Assembly (NCBI GenBank): GCA_963810465.1
Contig: CAWENM010000003.1
Span: 257,578-321,577, forward strand
DNA: 64,000 nucleotides
Reading direction: 5' to 3'
From: an uncultured Acidobacteriota bacterium
GTDB taxonomy: Bacteria; Actinomycetota; Acidimicrobiia; Spongiisociales; ZC4RG35
In this document: one piece after another, positions 57,129-64,000 of the stretch
Position numbering within the stretch: position 1 is the stretch's first letter
Layout: every line of letters begins with the position of its first letter
Translations under genes and position numbers: made by a program
Notes under the pieces: model-generated
What the model was told of the DNA's origin: nothing
The model's input: the letters and a program-made list of their open reading frames with translations, nothing else
Database searches by the model: none

Positions 57129-59741
57129 GTGCCCACACTTGCCCTGATCGACGGTAACTCCGTCGCTTATCGGGCCTTCTACGCCCTCCCCGAGGACCTG
57201 GCGACCAAGGGCGGCCAGGTGACGAATGCAGTGTTCGGATTTACCCGGATGCTGATCAGGCTGCTCAAGGACTACCACCCTGATGGCATCGCTGTCGCCT
57301 GGGACGTGTCCCGTCAGACCTTTCGAACCGAGTCTTATCCGGAGTACAAGGCGCAACGAGAGAAGGCGCCGGATCACTTCCGCAGCCAGCTGCCACTGAT
57401 GGACGAAGTGCTGCAGACGCTCAACATCACCCAGCTCAGGGCGGAGGGTTTCGAGGCGGACGACATCATCGCCACTCTCGCCAGGAATGGGGTAGCCGCC
57501 GGATGGGAGGTCCTCATCGTCACAGGTGACCGCGACGCATTTCAGCTGATCGAAGGGGCTGTGAAGGTGGTCTACACACGCCGCGGCATCAGCGACATCG
57601 TCCTGGCGGACGATGCGTATGTCGAGGAGAAGTACGGCATCAGACCCGACCAGTACGTCGAGTACGCGGCCCTGAGAGGCGACACGTCGGACAATCTGCC
57701 CGGCGTGCCCGGAGTGGGGGAGAAGACGGCCTCACGACTGATCGCCGACCACGGTGACCTGGACAACTTGTTCCTGGCCGTGACCGACCTGACACCGAAG
57801 CTCAGGGAAAACCTGTCCGCACATCGTGAGCAGGTCTTCCTCAACAGGGAGCTCATGCGCCTCATCGACGACATGGATCTGGGGGTCGAGATCGAGGGCC
57901 TTCGCACCAAGGAGTGGGATCGGAATCAGGTCAAAGATCTGTTCGACAGTCTCGAGTTTCACTCCATGTGGAACGACCTGGAACAAGCCCTTCCCTCGGC
58001 CGCCACGCAGTCAGAGCTCGTGGAAGTCGAGTCGTTCCTTGTCACCATGCCCGATCAGGTCGCCGCCATGGCGAAGGAGCCCGTCCTCATCGCGGGATTG
58101 GTGAACGATGGCGGCGAGCCCTTCGGGCTTGCCGTTTCCAGGGGTCCCGGGGAGGCGGCCGTGGTGCCTTTCGATTCGGCCGGCCCACTTCTCGACGCCC
58201 TCGAGAACGGGCAGGCGGCCCTTGCCGGTCACGATGTGAAGGACCTTGTGCGGGTGTTGCTCGAGATGGACCGCGACGTGGACCGGCTGGCGATGGACAC
58301 CGCACTTGCCGCCTACATCGTCAACCCGTCACAACGCACTTATGACCTCGAGGAGCTGGCGGACCGTCTGCTCGGACTCGAGCTGGTCTCGCCGGATGAC
58401 GACGGCGCGGCTCTGGGAACCTTGCCGTTCGACAGCGGGCCCGATCTCGAGACCGAGGGCCGCAGGATCGAAGGCGTTCGGCGGCTGGTCGAAGTCATGC
58501 GCTCCGAGTTGTCCGACCGCGAGGAAGGCGAGCTCTTCGAGGAGTTCGAGCTCCCCTTGATCCCGGTCCTCGCCCGAATGGAGCACGCCGGCATCGCGGT
58601 GGACCGCGCCTATCTCGAGAATATGGGCGCCGACTTGAGGGAGAAACTCACCGCCCTCGACGCCCGGATCCAGGAGCTGGCGGGGGAGCAGTTCAACGTC
58701 AACTCGACCGACCAGCTCCGCTATGTCCTCTTCGAGAAGTTGGCGCTCCCGGTGATCAAGAAGACCTCCACGGGCAAGCCATCCACCGACGCCTCCGTCT
58801 TGAAGAAGCTGGATCATCCTGTGGTTGAGGCCCTCCTCGAGTACCGGGAGTACGAGAAGTTACGGGGCACGTATGTCGACGGGTATCTGCCATTGGTCGA
58901 CCCCGACGGTCGAATCAGGACCCGGTTCAATCAGATGGCGGCGACGACCGGGCGCTTGTCTTCCGATCGTCCCAATCTGCAGAACATCCCGATACGTTCC
59001 GAGTCGGGCCGCACCATTCGCCGTGCCTTCATCGCCGGGGAAGGCGCGGAGTTCCTGGTGGCCGACTACTCCCAGATCGAGTTGAGGGTCCTGGCTCACA
59101 TGAGCGGGGACCCCTTCCTGGTGGAGGCTTTCCGTTCCGGCTCCGACATCCACACCGCCACCGCGGCTCGGGTTTGGGGGCTTACCGAGCCCGACGTGAC
59201 CGCCAATCAGCGCCGCACGGCCAAGATGATCAACTTTGGCCTGCTCTATGGGATGGAGGCATTTGGACTGGCCGACCGTCTCGGCATCTCACGGGACGAG
59301 GCGCAACAGCACATGGATGCCTACTTCTCACAGTTCGTGCAGGTCAAGGAGTTCATGTCGGCGATGGTCACCCAGGCCCGGAACCAGGGCTACACCACGA
59401 CGCTCTTTGGGCGACGGCGCTATCTGCCTGAGCTCAAGTCGGACAACTTCCGCATTCGTCAGATGGGTGAGCGCATGGCCCTGAACGCCCCTGTCCAAGG
59501 CACTGCCGCCGACATAATCAAGAAGGCGATGATCGATCTCGACGCCAGTCTGCGATCCGAGGGGCTGGCCTCCACATTGATCCTCCAGATCCATGACGAG
59601 CTCATTTTGGAGAGCCCACTCGATGAGCTGGAGGTCGCGGAGAAGCTGGTAGTGGGGACGATGGAGGGCGTGGTCGCCCTCGATGTGCCGCTCGACGTCG
59701 ATGTGGCCACCGGCCCCGATCTGGCATCGGTGAAGAGCTGA
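57129..59741 (+). CDS. polA: DNA polymerase I
   Basis: 5'-3' exonuclease domain (LALIDGNSVAYRAFYA), vestigial 3'-5' exo region, and Pol A motifs (DYSQIELR motif A, KMINFGLLYG motif B, QIHDELIL motif C). 870 aa. Confidence 0.92.
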   Translation: MPTLALIDGNSVAYRAFYALPEDLATKGGQVTNAVFGFTRMLIRLLKDYHPDGIAVAWDVSRQTFRTESYPEYKAQREKAPDHFRSQLPLMDEVLQTLNITQLRAEGFEADDIIATLARNGVAAGWEVLIVTGDRDAFQLIEGAVKVVYTRRGISDIVLADDAYVEEKYGIRPDQYVEYAALRGDTSDNLPGVPGVGEKTASRLIADHGDLDNLFLAVTDLTPKLRENLSAHREQVFLNRELMRLIDDMDLGVEIEGLRTKEWDRNQVKDLFDSLEFHSMWNDLEQALPSAATQSELVEVESFLVTMPDQVAAMAKEPVLIAGLVNDGGEPFGLAVSRGPGEAAVVPFDSAGPLLDALENGQAALAGHDVKDLVRVLLEMDRDVDRLAMDTALAAYIVNPSQRTYDLEELADRLLGLELVSPDDDGAALGTLPFDSGPDLETEGRRIEGVRRLVEVMRSELSDREEGELFEEFELPLIPVLARMEHAGIAVDRAYLENMGADLREKLTALDARIQELAGEQFNVNSTDQLRYVLFEKLALPVIKKTSTGKPSTDASVLKKLDHPVVEALLEYREYEKLRGTYVDGYLPLVDPDGRIRTRFNQMAATTGRLSSDRPNLQNIPIRSESGRTIRRAFIAGEGAEFLVADYSQIELRVLAHMSGDPFLVEAFRSGSDIHTATAARVWGLTEPDVTANQRRTAKMINFGLLYGMEAFGLADRLGISRDEAQQHMDAYFSQFVQVKEFMSAMVTQARNQGYTTTLFGRRRYLPELKSDNFRIRQMGERMALNAPVQGTAADIIKKAMIDLDASLRSEGLASTLILQIHDELILESPLDELEVAEKLVVGTMEGVVALDVPLDVDVATGPDLASVKS

Positions 59742-59852
59742 AAGATCCCGCCACGGGCTTATCCGTTGGCGGTTGTGGACAAACCTGCGTACACTCACCA
59801 CGCCTGTGGACCCAGCGTTTGCAGAGTTCCTTTCGGAGGTAACCACTCACAC

Positions 59853-61268
59853 ATGACCAGCGAGCCACAAAACGCGCCCGCGAGCGCTCCCGAGACGGAG
59901 AGCGTGGAGGCGCCCGAGACCACCGAGCCGGAGACGCAGATTTCCGTCGACGTGGAGGAGCCCACCGAGGCTCCCGCAGAAGTCGAAGTATCCGGCCGCG
60001 AGGCCCTCGTCGCCCCAGATCTGAGCGACCTTCCCGATGACATCGGCGACGATTTCGAGCGCGCCATCGAGGCAACGGTTCTCGAGTTCAAGGAGGGCGA
60101 CATCGTCGAGGGCACCGTCGTCAGCGTCGATGCCGACGGGGCCATGATCGACATCGGTTACAAGTCCGAAGGGCTGATTCCGACACGCGAGCTCTCCATT
60201 CGAAACAACGTCGACCCCAATGACGCGGTCAACGTGGGGGAGCGGGTCGAAGCCGTCGTGCTCAACAAGGAGGACGACGAGGGCCGGCTGATCCTCTCCA
60301 AGAAGCGAGCCATGTACGAGCGCGCTTGGGGCAGGATCCAGGAAGTCGCCAAGGAAGGCGGAACCGTCGACGGGACGGTCATCGAGGTCGTCAAGGGCGG
60401 TCTCATCGTCGACATCGGCCTTCGCGGGTTCCTTCCGGCATCTTTGGTCGACATGCGACGTGTCCGCGATCTCGACCCTTTCATCGGCGAGAGCATCACC
60501 GCCAAAGTGATCGAGCTCGACCGGGCCCGAAACAATGTCGTCCTCTCCCGCCGCGCCTATCTGGAAGAGGCCCAGGCAGAGGAGCGCAACGCCTTCCTCG
60601 ACGGACTCGGCGAGGGTGAGGTCCGCGACGGAGTCGTCTCCTCAGTCGTCAATTTCGGGGCATTCGTCGACCTCGGCGGGATGGACGGACTGGTCCATGT
60701 CTCCGAGCTCTCTTGGCAGCACGTCAATCATCCCGGCGAGCTGGTCAAGGTCGGCGACAAAGTCCAGGTCAAGGTTCTCGAGGTCGATCGCGATCGGGAG
60801 CGGATCTCCCTGTCCATTCGCCAGACGAGCGACGACCCATGGGATGTCTTCGCCCGTGAGCACGAAGTGGGCGACGTGATCGACGGGATGGTGACCAAGA
60901 CAGTGCCGTTCGGCGCCTTCGTCTCGGTCGCCGATGGGGTCGAGGGGTTGGTACACGTATCCGAGATCGCCAGCCACCGCGTCGAGTCCCCGGAGCTCGA
61001 GCTCTCCATCGGCCAACAAGTCAAGGTGAAGATCACCGAGAAGGAAGACGAGCGTCGACGCATCTCGCTGTCCATCAAGCAGGCCTCTCCCGATTGGAAG
61101 GAGAGGGAGGCTCAGATGGAAGAGCAGAAGAAGGGCCGCCGCCGGCCCCAGAAAGAGTTCGAGCGCGAGTTCGGACCTTCCGAGGAGGAGCGGCCACCTA
61201 TGCCCGTCGATGCCTCGCTCGAGGCCATCCTGCAGGAGTTGAAGGAGCGCGGCATCGGCCGTAGGTGA
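59853..61268 (+). CDS. rpsA: 30S ribosomal protein S1
   Basis: Four tandem S1 domains (GDIVEGTVV..., GTVDGTVIEVVKGGLIVDIG, GVVSSVVNFGAFVDLGG, GDVIDGMVTKTVPFGAFV). ATG at 59853 with GGAGG 13 nt upstream. The track start at 59766 is probably a 5' over-extension. Confidence 0.9.
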   Translation: MTSEPQNAPASAPETESVEAPETTEPETQISVDVEEPTEAPAEVEVSGREALVAPDLSDLPDDIGDDFERAIEATVLEFKEGDIVEGTVVSVDADGAMIDIGYKSEGLIPTRELSIRNNVDPNDAVNVGERVEAVVLNKEDDEGRLILSKKRAMYERAWGRIQEVAKEGGTVDGTVIEVVKGGLIVDIGLRGFLPASLVDMRRVRDLDPFIGESITAKVIELDRARNNVVLSRRAYLEEAQAEERNAFLDGLGEGEVRDGVVSSVVNFGAFVDLGGMDGLVHVSELSWQHVNHPGELVKVGDKVQVKVLEVDRDRERISLSIRQTSDDPWDVFAREHEVGDVIDGMVTKTVPFGAFVSVADGVEGLVHVSEIASHRVESPELELSIGQQVKVKITEKEDERRRISLSIKQASPDWKEREAQMEEQKKGRRRPQKEFEREFGPSEEERPPMPVDASLEAILQELKERGIGRR

Positions 61269-61276
61269 CCCTTTCT

Positions 61277-61296
61277 CCCCCAAAGGGGGGAGTACC
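61277..61296 (+). terminator. Hairpin CTCCCCC-AAA-GGGGGAG after rpsA (GC-rich terminator-like stem, no U-tract)
   Basis: Seen directly 9 nt after the rpsA stop. 7-bp G/C stem. Confidence 0.45.
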
Positions 61297-61457
61297 GGCA
61301 TAGCCGGGGAGGGGGATCTCAGACTTCCACAGTGCCCGCATATGGGGCGACAGAACTATGGAAAGTGTGGGGAAACGCTCAAGACTCTTCCGAAACGGTC
61401 CGAATCTGTCCTGTGGAATCGGATTTGAAGCACCGGGATGGCGCTTGCCCGTCGGTA

Positions 61458-61475
61458 GCATGCCTCGAGGCATGC
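61458..61475. promoter_or_regulatory. Perfect 18-bp palindrome GCATGCCTCGAGGCATGC about 50-70 nt upstream of cpaB (candidate operator)
   Basis: Seen directly. Perfectly self-complementary. Lies in the rpsA-cpaB intergenic region. Confidence 0.4.
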
Positions 61476-61524
61476 CCCCGACACGGTTCGGCGGCATTCC
61501 CTGGGGACATACGAAGGGGACTCA

Positions 61525-62445
61525 ATGGGTAGGAGAGCCATCGTGTTGCTAGTGGCCTTGGTACTGGCCGGGCTAGCAGCTTGGGCGGTCTGGAACTATC
61601 TCCAGAACGTCGAGAACGAAATTGTCGAAGGCCAGGAGATCGTCGAGGTCTACCGGGCCGGCGAAGCCATTGCAGAAGGCACGGATGGAGCGATCCTCCT
61701 CTCCGACTTCAACAGTGGCGGCGTGCTGATCACACTCAGCGAGGACCAGGCCGAGGACGTCCCTGTGGGCGCCATCACGACCCCCGAGCAGCTGAATCAG
61801 GTGCTCACCGATCGTGTCGCTGCCGGGCCGATCGCTGCCGGGTCGATCCTCAACGAGTCACAGTGGGCTTCGATCACGGTGAATGTGGTCCCGCTCGCCG
61901 AGGAGATCCCATCCGGCAAGCAGGCCATGACGATCGCGACCGACAACATCAAGGGCATCAACGGGTTCGTCGAGCCCGGTGACCGGGTCAACATGATCCT
62001 CACCATCGACATCCCTGAGAACCTGCTCCCTGATGAGCTGGGTGGCATCGCCGAGCCTGTCGCTCCGGTAGAAGGCGCTCCTGCCACCGAGCAGGCGCCT
62101 GCCGCTGTCACCTACACGCGGTTTGTCCTCCAGGGTCTCCCCGTCATGGCGACTGGTCGTGACATCCGCCCCGAGGAGGATGCTCCCGAGACGGTCGAAG
62201 TCGACCCGGAGACCACCGGCGACACGACACCCGAAGGGGAGCCAGTGGAGGAGGAGCTCGGCAACGACACCACCTTCACCCTCGAGGTGACGCCCGAGCA
62301 GGCCGAGCGGATCGCCTATGCGACCGAGAACGGCTCGATCTGGCTGACGCTGGTGCCTGGCGACTTTGTCGAAGTCGAGACCACCGGTGTGACAACTCTC
62401 AACTTGTTCGGCGGAAATCTGCTGGACGACATCTTCGGAAGCTGA
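61525..62445 (+). CDS. cpaB: Flp pilus assembly protein CpaB (RcpC) with SAF domain
   Basis: N-terminal TM helix, SAF-like domain, and C-terminal CpaB region (GFVEPGDRVNMILTI). An alternative GTG start at 61543 has a better Shine-Dalgarno (AGGAGAG). Confidence 0.75.
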   Translation: MGRRAIVLLVALVLAGLAAWAVWNYLQNVENEIVEGQEIVEVYRAGEAIAEGTDGAILLSDFNSGGVLITLSEDQAEDVPVGAITTPEQLNQVLTDRVAAGPIAAGSILNESQWASITVNVVPLAEEIPSGKQAMTIATDNIKGINGFVEPGDRVNMILTIDIPENLLPDELGGIAEPVAPVEGAPATEQAPAAVTYTRFVLQGLPVMATGRDIRPEEDAPETVEVDPETTGDTTPEGEPVEEELGNDTTFTLEVTPEQAERIAYATENGSIWLTLVPGDFVEVETTGVTTLNLFGGNLLDDIFGS

Positions 62446-62458
62446 CAGAGGTTCGACG

Positions 62459-63640
62459 ATGACGATGGCTGAGCACAACTTGTTGGTCGTGGACAAGGAC
62501 GATGACTTCGTCTCCTCGGCCAAGGAGCTCTTCGAGGGCCGGCTCCCGGTTGCTCGCTCCATAGAGGAAGCGAGTCACACCGCGGAGTCCGGTGAACTGA
62601 GGATGCTCCTGCTCGGCCCGTCGTTCTCCAACGACGAGTCTCTCGAGCAGATCCGGAGCCTGCACAACCAAGACCCCGCCCTGATCCTGATGATGGTGGC
62701 GGAGAAGGTCACGTCCGATCTGCTCCGGGGTGCGATGCGAGCCGGCGTGTCCGATGTGATCGAAGCGCCTCTCGACGAGACCAAGATCGAGGCTGCGATC
62801 GAGCAGTTCGGTCACGATGTGCTCAAGCGGCGCAGTGCTGCCAAGCCGCCGACTGAGCCGGTTCGCACCGAGAAAGGCGCCATCGTCACTGTCACGTCAG
62901 CCAAGGGTGGGAGCGGCAAGACCGTGGTCGCCACCAATGTGGCCCTCCTCCTCAACAGGATCCCGGACAAGAAGGTGGTCCTGGTCGACGCCGACCTGCA
63001 GTTCGGCGATGTCTGCCTGCTGTTGCAGCTAGAGCCGAGATTCACCATGGTCAATGCGGCCCACGAGCTCCATCATCTCGATGTCGAGATGCTCGACTCC
63101 CTTCTCACCGAGCACCCCACCGGCCTGAAGGTCCTCGCCGCCCCGCTCGAGCCGGCCTTCGCCGACGACATCACCACCGCCGGCCTCATGCAGATGCTCG
63201 ACCTGCTCCAGGAGAGTTACGACTACGTGGTCGTCGACACCGCCTCGATGCTCGACGAGCTGATTCTCTCTCTGATCGAGAAGGCGGATCACGTCCTGAT
63301 GGTGGTGGATATGGACCTCCCCTCAGTGAAGAACGCCAAGCTCGCCCTGGAGACCCTGCGTCTCCTCAAGTTTTCGACCCAGAACGTCCAGCTTGTCATG
63401 AACAGGAACAACTCGAAGGCCAAGTTGGACAACAAGGAAATCGAAAGCGCCCTGAAGATGGAGATCTCGGCCGCCGTCCCCTCGGACGCCGCGGTCCCGA
63501 CCTCGGTCAACGAGGGGCGCCCCATCGTCGAAGCCGATCCCAAGGGCAAGGTCGCCAAGGGTTTCGAGAGCGTCGCCGAATTGATCGCCGGAAAGATCCC
63601 CGAGAGCACGCCCAAGAGCGGGCTCTTCGGCAGGAAATAG
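62459..63640 (+). CDS. cpaE: Flp pilus assembly ATPase CpaE/TadZ (receiver-like N-domain plus MinD/ParA-type ATPase)
   Basis: N-terminal response-regulator-like domain without the obvious phospho-Asp context. Deviant Walker A VTSAKGGSGKTVVATN and the ParA/MinD fold. Confidence 0.8.
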   Translation: MTMAEHNLLVVDKDDDFVSSAKELFEGRLPVARSIEEASHTAESGELRMLLLGPSFSNDESLEQIRSLHNQDPALILMMVAEKVTSDLLRGAMRAGVSDVIEAPLDETKIEAAIEQFGHDVLKRRSAAKPPTEPVRTEKGAIVTVTSAKGGSGKTVVATNVALLLNRIPDKKVVLVDADLQFGDVCLLLQLEPRFTMVNAAHELHHLDVEMLDSLLTEHPTGLKVLAAPLEPAFADDITTAGLMQMLDLLQESYDYVVVDTASMLDELILSLIEKADHVLMVVDMDLPSVKNAKLALETLRLLKFSTQNVQLVMNRNNSKAKLDNKEIESALKMEISAAVPSDAAVPTSVNEGRPIVEADPKGKVAKGFESVAELIAGKIPESTPKSGLFGRK

Positions 63641-63656
63641 TGGAAGGTAGATAGAA

Positions 63657-64000
63657 GTGCCATCGCTTTCTGAACGAGTCGCAGCCGCAAGGCAGACAGA
63701 GACACAAGACGTCAGCAGCAACCGCTCGGACGCCCTTGGCGAACTGCGCGGTCGTCTGCATTTCAAGGTCGTCGAAGAGCTGGGCCCGACCCTGTACGAC
63801 CGTCAGATGTCGGACGCCGAGCTCCGCCTACGCGTCCTCGAGATGCTGGAATGGGCAGTGGACCAGGAGCAGGGCCTCCCGCTCACTTCCGCCGATCGTC
63901 GCGCCCTGCTCAATGAGATCGCATCCGATGTCCTCGGGTACGGCCCGATCGACCCGCTGCTCAACGATCCGGACATCACCGAAGTCATGGCCAATGGCCC
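63657..64000 (+). CDS. cpaF: Type II/IV secretion ATPase CpaF/TadA, 3' end outside window
   Basis: GGAAGG Shine-Dalgarno then GTG at 63657. The N-terminal domain motif LGYGPIDPLLNDPDITEVMANG matches CpaF. Runs off the window end. Confidence 0.75.
   Translation, partial: MPSLSERVAAARQTETQDVSSNRSDALGELRGRLHFKVVEELGPTLYDRQMSDAELRLRVLEMLEWAVDQEQGLPLTSADRRALLNEIASDVLGYGPIDPLLNDPDITEVMANG

Overview
Features listed first, then findings; every call below rests on motif recognition and manual codon-boundary checks against the ORF track, with no database search possible, and uncertain calls carry low confidence. The window is a high-GC (about 68-70%), gene-dense chromosomal segment. Its gene content and order point to an actinobacterium (Actinomycetota; a specific lineage is not identifiable from sequence alone). 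Almost everything is conserved housekeeping, and gene ends are packed with 4-nt ATGA/GTGA start-stop overlaps. Contents in order: a 5'-truncated class-I aminotransferase and a threonine aldolase; a complete type-II fatty-acid synthesis operon (fabD-fabH-fabG-acpP-fabF); two convergent membrane-protein genes; a histidine-phosphatase gene, dinB, DUF3040 and MerR-family genes; a minus-strand moxR (AAA+ ATPase) / DUF58 / transglutaminase-domain membrane protein operon whose moxR carries an apparent 1-nt frameshift; a hypothetical / HNH endonuclease / GNAT trio; the full division and cell-wall (dcw) cluster with its accessory tail, mraZ-rsmH-ftsL-ftsI-murE-mraY-murD-ftsW-murG-murC-murB-ftsQ-ftsZ-pgeF-yggS-sepF-yggT-divIVA, in which murF and ddl are absent and an MraZ-box repeat array overlaps the mraZ promoter; ileS on the minus strand, divergent from a traR/dksA-family gene followed by lspA and rluD; a rhomboid protease, an MFS transporter and dnaE; a minus-strand block of HAD hydrolase, two ArsA/Get3-type ATPases, a small ORF and an unusual 540-aa protein with two ThyX-like domains; an EamA transporter, nth, a MATE transporter, an MFS transporter and ccdA; a ygfZ-like gene interrupted by an in-frame TGA; tRNA-Leu(CAA); a frameshifted HTH plus double-LAGLIDADG endonuclease gene; polA, rpsA, and the start of a tad/Flp pilus locus (cpaB, cpaE, partial cpaF). 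Most long antisense ORFs in the six-frame track are high-GC frame artefacts and are rejected. Nothing here is clearly a completely new system. The most discussion-worthy items are the ThyX-like tandem-domain protein sitting with the ArsA-like ATPase pair, the free-standing LAGLIDADG gene next to the tRNA, the three interrupted genes (moxR, ygfZ-like, LAGLIDADG), and the dcw cluster lacking murF.
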